Source: Candidatus Eiseniibacteriota bacterium (GTDB lineage: Bacteria > Eisenbacteria > RBG-16-71-46). From it: a stretch of DNA of 30,077 nucleotides. Below are positions 19,133-27,628 of this stretch, one piece after another. The notes beneath the pieces were generated by a model. The model was given only the letters and a program-made list of their open reading frames with translations, had not been told where the DNA came from and did not search any database. A program made the position numbers and the translations under genes. The DNA lies in the NCBI GenBank assembly GCA_044222065.1, contig JBGAOA010000032.1, positions 19,575 through 49,651 of the forward strand, in the 5' to 3' direction. Numbering within the stretch: position 1 is the first letter of the stretch; every line of letters starts with the position of its first letter.

Positions 19133-19823
19133 TCATCGCCAGGCGAAGCGCCGCGCGAGCGTCACGCGCGCGCTCCAGTCGCCGAAGCTCTCCCGGCCCT
19201 CCACGATCGAACCGCCGCTGCGGTGCGCCGTATCGAGCCCGAACACCCGTCGTTCCACTTCGACTCCCGCGGCGCTCCAGCGCGGGCCGATGCCGCGTTC
19301 GAGCGCCGTCCGCCGCCCGCGATCCACTCGTGGATCGGGGCGAACGCCACTTCGACCGTGCCGCCGCCCGTATCGATCGCGAGCCGGTCCGGGCCGTAGC
19401 CGAGCCACAGCCGGCCGCCGCTCGCGAGCGCCGACAGCGCGACGCCGCCGATCGTCAACACCCGGCCGCGCGCGACGAGTTCGAGGCTCGTGGAACGCAC
19501 GTGCACGGACGCCGGCGCCCCGGGCGCGTCCACCGCCTGGGCCGTCCGCGTCGTCCACAGGCGCACGCCGCCCGCGAAGCATGTCCGGCTCCGGCCATCG
19601 CGCCGGCCCCGAACCCCGCCTTCGGAAGGGTGTCCCACCGGTAATCGGCGAGCGCGCCGTCGGCTTGAGTGGAACCGCTCGCCAGCTCGATCGCGGCCCA
19701 CGGGCTCGTGGGCGCGAACACCTGCGCGTCCGCCGCGGGGGCGGAGCCGCGGCCGCGAGCAGCGCGGCCACGGGAGCCGGCGCGCCGCAGATAGCGCCGC
19801 GCAGGCGATAGGCGCGCGCTCAC
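19133..19823 (-). CDS. probable outer-membrane beta-barrel protein, apparent multiple frameshifts
   Basis: GTG 19823 (GTGA overlap). Coding segments lie in three frames: WAAIELASGSTQADGALADYRWD, then FAGGVRLW...GGRLWLGY...IHEWIAGGG, then GVEVERRVFGLD...WSARVTLARRFAWR. Amphipathic strand pattern. Confidence 0.6.
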
Positions 19824-20398
19824 GGCGTGATCGCGACCTCGTAGCCGACCGGCAGCAGCTGGTAAATGTTCGAGTCGAACGGCGTCACGATCAGCGTGTC
19901 CGGCTGGTTCACGCGCTCGACCTCGTCGCCCGCGCCGAGGTAGACGACGAGGAACACGCTGCCCGTGTCCGGGACCGCGCCCCGGAACGACAGCGTGAGG
20001 TCCTGGATCAGGTGGTCCCAGCCCGTGATCGCGCGCGTCGCGCGGCCGAGCGTCACCGAGTTCTGCAGGATGTTGTCGATGTCGTTCGCCATCCGGACGC
20101 GGTCCGCGTCGGGGGCGAGGTCGACGTCGTTGTGCGTCACGTTCGGGCTCACCCGCAGGTCCGCGACCACGAACCCGGTGATGATGCGCCGGTACGTGAT
20201 CGCGAGCTGCAGGTTGAAGCTGTCGGAGCCCGCGGGCACCGACGGATGGGCGCTCAGGTTCGCGCCCTTCACGTCGATGCGCGTCCACTTCTCCTCGGTC
20301 TTCGGCTCGTCGAAGCAGCCGGCGACCGTGAGCGTCACCGCCGCGAGCAGCGCGGCGAGCGCCGCGCGGCGGGTGTTGCGATGAGAAGTGCGGGTCAT
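19820..20398 (-). CDS. hypothetical lipoprotein, 192 aa
   Basis: Start MTRTSHR at 20398. Lipobox VAG|C and a beta-rich mature domain. Confidence 0.8.
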   Translation of the reverse strand: MTRTSHRNTRRAALAALLAAVTLTVAGCFDEPKTEEKWTRIDVKGANLSAHPSVPAGSDSFNLQLAITYRRIITGFVVADLRVSPNVTHNDVDLAPDADRVRMANDIDNILQNSVTLGRATRAITGWDHLIQDLTLSFRGAVPDTGSVFLVVYLGAGDEVERVNQPDTLIVTPFDSNIYQLLPVGYEVAITP

Positions 20399-20421
20399 GG
20401 CTCCGTCGTCCTTCCGTCCGG

Positions 20422-22068
20422 TCACTGCACCACGACGATGCGGTTCGCGAAGCTGTCTTCGCCGGCGTCGAGGCGCGCGAAGTACACGCCCGCCTTCACG
20501 CCGCGGCCCGCGTCGTCGCGGCCGTCCCACGTCGTCTCGTTGAAGCCCGGCGCGAAGGCCGGACGCAGCGTGCGCACGACGCGGCCCTGCGCGTCGAACA
20601 CGCGCAGCGCGAGCTTGCCGTGCACTTCGTTCGGCAGCACGAACGAGATCCGCGTCCACGGATTCGCGGGGTTCGGCGTGTTGCCGAGCAGCATCGGTCG
20701 CGACGGCGGGCCGGACACGACGCCGCCCGCGAAGTGGAACGTCGTGCTCGCGCTCGTCGCCGGGCCGTTCTCGTAGCTCGAGGCGGCGCGGACGCGCACG
20801 AGGAAGTCGCTCGCCGGGTCGGCGCCCGCGAGGTCGGCCGCGGTGAGCGGGACCGCGTGCGCGCCGGCGTCCAGCGTGCCGACCGTGCGGCGCGACAGCG
20901 CGCGGCCCGTCGTCGCGTCGGTCACGTCGATCGCGATCTCGGCGCGGTCGGTCAGCTCGAAGCGCAGTTCGGGCTCGGACGTGCCCGCGACCTCGAAGTG
21001 CGTCAGCTCGAGGCCGAGGTCCCACATCGCGATGCCGCTCTGGTCGGACCAGTCGGAGACGGTCAGCGCCGACGGCTGGCCGACGCGCGCGAGCGTGCCC
21101 GAGCGGTGGTCGCGCACGTTCGTGAACGGCACGTGCAGCGACTTCGGACGCGCGAGCCCGGCCGACATCTCGGCGACGGGTTCGAGCGCGGGGTTGAACT
21201 TCTTCACGAGCCCGGCGCGCGGCGCGGCGGCGTACACGTTGCCCCACGCGTCGGTGTCGAGCGACGTCACGACGTCGGCGCCGGCGACGGCCTCGCCGTC
21301 CCAGCGGAACGCGCCGCCCTCGAGGCGCAGGTGCGCGATGCGGCCGTTGTGCGCGTCGGCGACGTACACGTCGGGCGAGCTGCCCGCGCCCGAACGGCCG
21401 ACGGCGACCGCCATCGGGCCCGCGAAGCGGCCGGCGCCGCTGCCGAGCTCGCCGATCGAGGCGATCTCGCGCGCGCCCGCCGCGTCGAGCGCGTACGCGA
21501 CGACGCGGTTCTTGCCGGTCTCGGCCACGATCAGCACGTCGTCGCCGCCCACGAACGGCGTGCCGCCGTCCGAGTACGCGACGTCCTGCGGCGCGCCGAC
21601 GTTCGGGATCGCGAACGCGGGCGAAAGCGTGATGTCGCCGTGCTCGGTCGAGGCCTGGAGCACGAGCACGCGGTCGTTGCCGGCGTCGGCCACGTACACG
21701 CGGTCGTTCTCGTCCACCGCCAGCCCGCGCGGCTGCTTGAGCGCGCCGAGGCCGCCCGCGACGTCGAACGCCTTGAGGCTCTGGCCGCGCTCGCCGTAGA
21801 CGATGCGATTCCAAGCCGGGTCGGACACGATCTCGAAGTGGCGCGACTCGACGTACGGGAAGCGGTCGTACACGTCCACGTGCGAGATCGTCACGGTCGA
21901 GTACGGGTCTGCGAACAGATCGCGGTTCACGAGCTCACGGGACACGGAGCGCGTCAGCGACTGCACGCCGAGGTCGGGGGCGATCGGGGCGGAACGGAAC
22001 GTTCCGCCCGAGACCGGCTGCGCCGCGGCCAGCGCAAGGGTGAGCATCATCAGGGTGTGTCGTCGCAC
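20422..22068 (-). CDS. secreted NHL-repeat beta-propeller protein with C-terminal FlgD-Ig domain, 548 aa
   Basis: Signal peptide. NHL repeats (PRGLAVDENDRVYVADAGNDRV, GPMAVAV...VYVADAHNGRI). C-terminal NTPNPANP...LRVFDAQGRVVRTL...WDGRDDAGRGVKAGVYFARL. Confidence 0.88.
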   Translation of the reverse strand: MRRHTLMMLTLALAAAQPVSGGTFRSAPIAPDLGVQSLTRSVSRELVNRDLFADPYSTVTISHVDVYDRFPYVESRHFEIVSDPAWNRIVYGERGQSLKAFDVAGGLGALKQPRGLAVDENDRVYVADAGNDRVLVLQASTEHGDITLSPAFAIPNVGAPQDVAYSDGGTPFVGGDDVLIVAETGKNRVVAYALDAAGAREIASIGELGSGAGRFAGPMAVAVGRSGAGSSPDVYVADAHNGRIAHLRLEGGAFRWDGEAVAGADVVTSLDTDAWGNVYAAAPRAGLVKKFNPALEPVAEMSAGLARPKSLHVPFTNVRDHRSGTLARVGQPSALTVSDWSDQSGIAMWDLGLELTHFEVAGTSEPELRFELTDRAEIAIDVTDATTGRALSRRTVGTLDAGAHAVPLTAADLAGADPASDFLVRVRAASSYENGPATSASTTFHFAGGVVSGPPSRPMLLGNTPNPANPWTRISFVLPNEVHGKLALRVFDAQGRVVRTLRPAFAPGFNETTWDGRDDAGRGVKAGVYFARLDAGEDSFANRIVVVQ

Positions 22069-22105
22069 GTGCTGCTCCTCTCGTGAGCGTCCCTGCCGAC
22101 TGGGA

Positions 22106-23245
22106 TCAAAAGTGATACGTGAGCTGCGTCGTCAGGATGTTCGCGGAGTAGTTGTTGCTGTTGAAGTACCGCTCGTACGCCGCGCGCACTCCCATGCGCC
22201 CGAGCACGGGCGTCTTCACTTCGAGCGTCGAAAAGTCCATATCGAGAGCGACTCCGAACAGGTGGCTCGACAGGTCCGACAGGCGGTAGTCGCCCGAGCG
22301 GTAACCGTCGATCCCGTTCACGTCCGTGTATTCGTCGCGATAGAAGTCCGCGGCGTTCTGCGAGTACCAGCGGTAGTCGTAGCTCGCGAACACGCCGTGC
22401 GTGATGTACTGGCTCAGCGTCGTGCCGACCTCGTTCGAGAGGACGCCCCAGTCGTCGTTGTAGAAGCGGTAGTGCAGCTTCACGCTCGACCGGTTGCCGA
22501 GGTACTGGTTGAGCTTCAGGAACGCGTCGCGCCGCTGGCGCGCGTCGGGGTGCCGCTCGGGCGCGTGCGTGCCGCCGGCGTACACGTTCCGGTAGGGGTT
22601 GTGCTGCAGGCCGTTCACCAGGTTCATCTCGACGCCGACCCGCGCCTGCAGCGTCGGCGTGACGATCCGGGTCGCGACCACGTTCCAGTGCAGCGTCGTC
22701 TTGTGGTCCTTGCCCGCGTTCGTGTCGTCGTCCTGGACCGGGTCGATCGCGTCCCAGCCGTAGCTCGCGCCGACGGACAGGTTGAGCTGGTCGTCGAGGT
22801 CGCGGTTCCAGCTCGCGCCGACGAGCTGGCCCAGATAGTCCTTCTCGCTCGACAGGTAGTACTGCGCCGACAGCCGGCCGGTGGAGTACTCGCCCTCGAG
22901 CTCGTTGCGCACCTTCGAGAAGTCCTGGAACGCGTTGCCCGAGATCGGGCGGCTCGCGGTCGTGATCGCGTCCACGGCCTCCTGCGTTCCGGGCGGCGCG
23001 TCCACGGCGGGCACGTTCACCTTTTCGTTGTTCCAGTGCAGCGTCAGCGTGCGGTTCTGCGGCAGGGCGAACGTGTAGTCGCCGATCGCCGAGCGGACCG
23101 ACACGTGCTGCGAGTCGTTGAAGTACTGCATCAGTCCTTCGACGACCTGGTCGTCGAACGACGGAAAGGCCGCGGCCGGCGCGGCGCACGCCGCGCACGC
23201 CCCGATCGCGAGCGCGATCCGGTTCGGTACGCGCGTCAGTTGCAC
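22106..23245 (-). CDS. DUF3570-family outer-membrane beta-barrel, 379 aa
   Basis: MQLT start overlapping the DUF4266 C-terminus. Motifs VDAITTAS, SSEKDY, GLQHNPYR, PERHPDARQR, YRFYNDDWG, YRWYSQNAADFY and DYRLS. C-terminal YHF. Confidence 0.85.
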   Translation of the reverse strand: MQLTRVPNRIALAIGACAACAAPAAAFPSFDDQVVEGLMQYFNDSQHVSVRSAIGDYTFALPQNRTLTLHWNNEKVNVPAVDAPPGTQEAVDAITTASRPISGNAFQDFSKVRNELEGEYSTGRLSAQYYLSSEKDYLGQLVGASWNRDLDDQLNLSVGASYGWDAIDPVQDDDTNAGKDHKTTLHWNVVATRIVTPTLQARVGVEMNLVNGLQHNPYRNVYAGGTHAPERHPDARQRRDAFLKLNQYLGNRSSVKLHYRFYNDDWGVLSNEVGTTLSQYITHGVFASYDYRWYSQNAADFYRDEYTDVNGIDGYRSGDYRLSDLSSHLFGVALDMDFSTLEVKTPVLGRMGVRAAYERYFNSNNYSANILTTQLTYHF

Positions 23246-23478
23246 GCGCAGCCTCCGCCCGCGCCGCCGTTCCCGCCGGTCGAGCCCTCGCGCGCGTCGA
23301 GCGCCTTCACGCGCCGCGCCGCTTCCTTCTTGAACGTGTCGAACGACATGATGCGGTCGCCGAGGTGCTCGCGCTCGTACGGACGCACGGTCGCGCAGCC
23401 GCTCATCGCCACCGCCAGAGCGGCCAGCAGCGCGAGCGCGACGCCGCGCCCGAGGGCGCTCGTGAGCCGGGTCGTCAT
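23236..23478 (-). CDS. DUF4266-family small lipoprotein, 80 aa
   Basis: Start MTTRLT at 23478 (ATGA overlap). Lipobox MSG|C, VRPYEREHL, and terminal REGSTGGNGGAGGGCACN. Confidence 0.88.
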   Translation of the reverse strand: MTTRLTSALGRGVALALLAALAVAMSGCATVRPYEREHLGDRIMSFDTFKKEAARRVKALDAREGSTGGNGGAGGGCACN

Positions 23479-24116
23479 CGCATTCCTCCCTGAACGTCGT
23501 CGTCGTTGCTCGCGGCGCGCGAGTCGAGCAGGCGCCGCGCGACGGAACGGACCTGCGCGAGCGACTGCGCGTCGGCGCCGCCGCCCGACCAGGCGACCTG
23601 GCCGTCGCGGTCGAACACCACGGTGAAGGGGATCTGTCCGAGGTCGAGCTGGCGCGCGAGACCGTCGGTGCCGTCGCAGTAGACCGGCATCCGGAGGCCG
23701 CGCGAGCGCGCGAAGCGGCGCGCGTTCTCGGCGTCCGAGTCGATCGACACCGCGATCACGCGGCCGCCCTGCTTCGCGATCTCGGCGTGCAGCGCGTCGA
23801 GTTCGGGCAGCTCGCGCTGGCAGGGCCGGCACCAGCTCGCCCAGAAGTTCACGACCACGACCTCGCCGCGCGCGCTCGCGACCGAAAACGTGCGCCCGTC
23901 GAGCCCGCGCAGCGTGTGCGCGCGCACGGCGTCGCGCAGCCGCGACGCCGAGGGCGCCGAGACCGCGCGATTGCCCGCCTCGGGCGCGCCCGCGAACGCG
24001 AGCGACGCGACGAGCGCGAGCGCGAGGCCGCGCGCGACCGGGGCCGCGCCGCGGCACGGCGCGGGCCCCTGCGAATTCGAACGGAACGTGGTCACGGGTG
24101 TCGAGGTCCCGGTCAC
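23475..24116 (-). CDS. TlpA/ResA-family thiol-disulfide oxidoreductase, ~213 aa (start uncertain)
   Basis: VVVVNFWASWCRPCQRELP, IAVSID and IPFTVVFDRDG. N-terminal hydrophobic segment. GTG 24116 overlaps the upstream stop; GTG 24095 is an alternative start. Confidence 0.9.
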   Translation of the reverse strand: MTGTSTPVTTFRSNSQGPAPCRGAAPVARGLALALVASLAFAGAPEAGNRAVSAPSASRLRDAVRAHTLRGLDGRTFSVASARGEVVVVNFWASWCRPCQRELPELDALHAEIAKQGGRVIAVSIDSDAENARRFARSRGLRMPVYCDGTDGLARQLDLGQIPFTVVFDRDGQVAWSGGGADAQSLAQVRSVARRLLDSRAASNDDDVQGGMR

Positions 24117-26089
24117 TTGTACTGGGCGCCCATCAGCACCCAGAGGTTGAACTTGCGCCGCTCCTCGGGCGTGAGCGCGTCGAGGCCGGTCGGGTGGAAG
24201 CCCTGGCCCGAGCGCGGGCCGACGGCGAGCACGTAGTCCACGAGGCGCGAGCGCCGCGGGAAGGCGGGATCGACTTCCTGCGTCGTCATCTTCATGGACT
24301 CGCCCGACAGGTTGACGTAGGCGCGCGGGAAGATGCGGTTCATGCGCACCGTGTCGGGGACGAACGTCAGGTCGAGGTTGCCCGCGGCCGCGGTCGTGTC
24401 CACGCCGACGATCGTCGGCTGGTGGCACGAGGTGCACTTGGCCTGGACGATCGGGCCGATCGTGTTCTCGAAGTTGATGTGCTGCCACTGCGCGCTCGGG
24501 ACGTTCAGGTCGTGCGCCGGGAACATCGCCGCCTGCGGATTCGGGTTCGTCGGGAACGGTCCGCCCGGAACGCGGTCCTCGTGGCAGCCGGTGCAGCGGT
24601 CGAACGTCTCGCCGGGGCGCACGTAGAGGTGCGTGCGCTTCACGACGAAGCCGCGGCCCTTGTCGTCGAGCGTGGCGAAGCTGAACGGCGTGTTCGCCGG
24701 CACCTTGATGCGGAACGAACCGTCCGGATAGACCGGCGCCATGCCGATCAGCGAACGCATCTCGAACTCGTTCGCCGAGATCTCGTTGTTCATGCCGACG
24801 GTCGTCGGGATCGAGGCGATGACCGCGATGCTGTCGACCGCGTCCACGCCCTTGACCGGCACTTCCTGCCCGTCGCCCGAGCTGCGGTTGAAGATGTCCT
24901 GCGCCAGCATGAAGCCGTAGTCGAGCGTCTTGTTGAGCGTCGAGGCGATGATCGGCGGCTTCGGACGCGGCGCGAGCAGCTGCGCGTCGTACTCGTTCGA
25001 GTTCGGGTCGTTGTAGAGGAACGTCAGGTTGCCGAGCGAGAACGTCGCCGGGTCGCCGACCGTGCCGCCGCCGGCCTGGTTCAGCGTGAACGTGTAGAGC
25101 GCGTAGTCCACCTCGCCGTCCGTCGCGGCCGGCAGCGTGTACGAGGCGACGTAGCGGTTGCCGCCGATCGGATGCGGGAACTTGAACGCGCCGTAGGTCC
25201 AGGGCGCGCCGTCGTCGTTGACCTGCGCGGTGACGTTGTCGAAGTGCAGCGCCCAGCCGCCGAGCGCCGGATCCGCGGGACCCTGCTCGGGCTTCAGCAC
25301 CGCGAGCGGACCGGCGTCCTCGTTGATCATGCCCGACTCGATCGCGACGATGCGGCCGTCCGGCGTCGGCATCGGGTGGAAGAAGTTGCGGTCGTGCGGG
25401 CCGAACAGGTGGAACGTGCCCGAGCCGTCCGGATTCGTGAAGAACAGCGGGAAGCGGTTCATCGTCCCGAAGTGCTCCCAGCGCGTGTACAGGATGCGCC
25501 CGTCCGGCATGAGCATCGGGTCGAAGTCGTCGCTCTGGTTGTAGCTGATGCGCTCCATGTTCGAGCCGTCCGCGTCGGACGTGTACAGGTGCTCGGCGGG
25601 CGAGTGGTTGTACTCGTCCATCTCGCCGTCGCGGTTGCTCGTGAACAGGATGCGGCCGTCGGGGAGGTACAGCGGGTCGTAGTCGTCGCCGCCGCCGGTC
25701 GTCACCTGGCGCAGCCCGGTGCCGTCCGCGTTGATCTCCCAGATGTTCCGGTTCGGGTCACCCGCGCGGCGCATCGAGAACATGATCTTCGTGCCGTCGA
25801 AGCTCACGTCGGGATCCGACAGGCTCGCGCCGGTGAAGTTCGTGATCGGCGTGACCACCCCGTCCGGAGCGATCGGCGAGAGCTTGTACAGATTGCCCGT
25901 CGCCCAGCTGCGGTTGAGCGTCTCCTCGCCATCCGTCTTCACGAACACCAGAGCGTCCGTCGTGGGCTCCTGCTGAATGAGGTCGTCGGGCGCGCTCTCG
26001 CGACAGCCCGGCAGCGCGAGCTGAGCCGCGAGCCCGGCCGCCGCGAGAATCGCAACGGTGCGCGTTGAGAGGTGCGTGAGTCGCTTCAT
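24113..26089 (-). CDS. HzsA-related (hydrazine synthase alpha middle-domain) PD40 beta-propeller di-haem c lipoprotein, 658 aa
   Basis: Start MKRLTH at 26089, lipobox LPG|C. PD40/TolB-like repeats (DPDVSFDG, DPLYLPDGRILFTSNR, DGRILYTRWEH). Middle domain VYPDGSFRIKVPANTPFSFATLDDKGRG...VRPGE. CTGCH at 24581-24595 and CTSCH at 24422-24436. Confidence 0.85.
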   Translation of the reverse strand: MKRLTHLSTRTVAILAAAGLAAQLALPGCRESAPDDLIQQEPTTDALVFVKTDGEETLNRSWATGNLYKLSPIAPDGVVTPITNFTGASLSDPDVSFDGTKIMFSMRRAGDPNRNIWEINADGTGLRQVTTGGGDDYDPLYLPDGRILFTSNRDGEMDEYNHSPAEHLYTSDADGSNMERISYNQSDDFDPMLMPDGRILYTRWEHFGTMNRFPLFFTNPDGSGTFHLFGPHDRNFFHPMPTPDGRIVAIESGMINEDAGPLAVLKPEQGPADPALGGWALHFDNVTAQVNDDGAPWTYGAFKFPHPIGGNRYVASYTLPAATDGEVDYALYTFTLNQAGGGTVGDPATFSLGNLTFLYNDPNSNEYDAQLLAPRPKPPIIASTLNKTLDYGFMLAQDIFNRSSGDGQEVPVKGVDAVDSIAVIASIPTTVGMNNEISANEFEMRSLIGMAPVYPDGSFRIKVPANTPFSFATLDDKGRGFVVKRTHLYVRPGETFDRCTGCHEDRVPGGPFPTNPNPQAAMFPAHDLNVPSAQWQHINFENTIGPIVQAKCTSCHQPTIVGVDTTAAAGNLDLTFVPDTVRMNRIFPRAYVNLSGESMKMTTQEVDPAFPRRSRLVDYVLAVGPRSGQGFHPTGLDALTPEERRKFNLWVLMGAQYK

Positions 26090-26123
26090 GATGGTCTGAG
26101 TCCCTCCGGTGCGGGTCCGTCGG

Positions 26124-26864
26124 TCACGGCCGGACGAATCGGTAGAACGAGAGCCCGATCGTCTGCTCGACGTAGTCGTAGGCCACGACGCCGTCACGAT
26201 CCCGGTCCCGTCCGAACACGGTCGCGCGCCGCACATCGGCGCGTACTGCGAGATCACTGCGGATGTAGAACTCGAGCCCGCCACCGAACGCGAGTGCGTT
26301 CTTCGTCACCGGGTCGGCGTTCAGCGACCGACCCGGGAACACCATGACCATCCCGTAGCCCGCCGCGCCGTACGGCTGCAGCCGGCCCGGGAACGGATGA
26401 CGGAGCACGGCGGTGAGCGAGTGCATCACCGAGTGCACCGACTTCGCGGGGTTGTGGGCGAGCGTGCCCTCCCAGCCGAGCCACGGATTCGGGTTGTAGG
26501 CGAAGCGGAACGTGAACAGCCGCTCGTCGCCGAACGAGCCGAAGCCGGGGCTGAACGAGACGCGGTTCTGGAACGGGCGCGGGCCGCCCTCGAGCCGGTA
26601 GGGATGCGCCGCCACGTCGGGCACGAGCGGCACGAGCGCGTTCGGCCGCGCCGGACGCGCGATCGCGTGCGTCGGCAGCGACGCGTCGTCCCACGCGTCC
26701 GGATCGGCGCTGCCGCGGCGGGCGTCCGGGAGCGCGCTCGCGACGAGCGTGTCGGCGTTCGCGACGAGGCTCGAGTCGGGCGCGTCGTCGCCGCGAACGG
26801 CGGGCGCGCCGGAAACGAGCGCGAGCGCCGCGAGGGCGCAGGAGGCGAGGAGGCGGGGCGTCAC
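26124..26864 (-). CDS. outer-membrane beta-barrel domain protein (GltA/GltB-like size), 246 aa
   Basis: GTG 26864 (GTGA overlap) and signal peptide. LQPYGAAGYG, LAFGGGLEFYI, VRADVR and IGLSFY. Confidence 0.82.
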   Translation of the reverse strand: MTPRLLASCALAALALVSGAPAVRGDDAPDSSLVANADTLVASALPDARRGSADPDAWDDASLPTHAIARPARPNALVPLVPDVAAHPYRLEGGPRPFQNRVSFSPGFGSFGDERLFTFRFAYNPNPWLGWEGTLAHNPAKSVHSVMHSLTAVLRHPFPGRLQPYGAAGYGMVMVFPGRSLNADPVTKNALAFGGGLEFYIRSDLAVRADVRRATVFGRDRDRDGVVAYDYVEQTIGLSFYRFVRP

Positions 26865-27313
26865 TGGATCGTGCCCGCCTGGATCCACGAGCGGATCGCG
26901 ACGTAGTCGGTGTCGGCCGTGGACGCGAACGGCTTGTACGCGTGCGGCGTGCCGCCGGCGACGGCGGCGAGCGGCTTCAGCAGCAGCGGGCTCGAGTCGC
27001 GATTCGTGCCCCAGACCTGCAGCGACGCCTGGTCGAAGTCGAACTGCGAGTTCTTCGCGCCGGGAGGGGAGAGCTGGAACGTGCCGCGGATGCCGCCGCC
27101 GTGGCAGTCGCCCTCGGCGTCACAACCGCGCCGGGTGAGCGCCGGTTCCACCGTGGAGGCGAACGAGGCGTAGCTCAGCACGAGCTGCGACCCGCCCGTG
27201 GGCGGAGCCGGCGGCTCGGTCGGCGAGCTGCACCCCGTGACCACCAGCGGCAGCGCCAGGGCCACGAACATCGTCGCGACCGTCTCGCGGCCGCGCAGCG
27301 ATCTCCCGAACAC
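26861..27313 (-). CDS. lipoprotein with planctomycete-type cytochrome c-like domain (CX5CH), 150 aa
   Basis: GAGGAGG RBS and lipobox VTG|C. FASTVEPALTRRGCDAEGDCHGG...SSPLLLKP...PH...AIRSWIQAG. Confidence 0.75.
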   Translation of the reverse strand: MFGRSLRGRETVATMFVALALPLVVTGCSSPTEPPAPPTGGSQLVLSYASFASTVEPALTRRGCDAEGDCHGGGIRGTFQLSPPGAKNSQFDFDQASLQVWGTNRDSSPLLLKPLAAVAGGTPHAYKPFASTADTDYVAIRSWIQAGTIQ

Positions 27314-27477
27314 GGTGGTCGAACCTCCTCATCGTGCGATCTGCAACCCGCGACGTCCGCGCATGCGAGGCGCCCGGGGTCTCGATCGCACCGCAACGCG
27401 CGCACGCGATCGCTAGGACTTGCGTTCCTTCGTCACCCATGGTCCTCCCCTCCTCCGGGAGGATGGGGCACTCCTCA

Positions 27478-27493
27478 GGCAAGAGGCTTGCCA
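27478..27493 (-). promoter_or_regulatory. sigma54 (-24/-12) promoter for the envelope operon
   Basis: Minus strand reads TGGCAAGCCTCTTGCC, i.e. TGGCA...TTGC with exact GG-N10-GC spacing, about 165 bp upstream of the first gene. Confidence 0.65.
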
Positions 27494-27628
27494 CGCGGCA
27501 ATTCGGGAACGCAGCGCGCACGAATGAGGGAAAACTCCGCGCGGGCGACGCGCGTGCGCGATTCCTCGTGAAGAAGAGTGCGAGGAACCTTCTACAAATT
27601 GCCGCTCAACTCGCGCGCCCGGAGCGGG

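Noticed and set aside
23236..23238. TGA after CACN as selenocysteine readthrough
   Set aside because: DUF4266 proteins normally end at C-x-C-N, and the next gene already overlaps this stop. No SECIS evidence was seen.
25820..25840. FTGAS in the HzsA-like protein as an ApbE flavinylation site
   Set aside because: It lacks the upstream Asp and lies in a propeller repeat linker, so it is probably incidental.
24113..26089. Anammox hydrazine synthase
   Set aside because: There are no beta/gamma subunits or HAO-type genes in the window, the protein is a lipoprotein in an envelope operon, and HzsA-like domains occur outside anammox bacteria.
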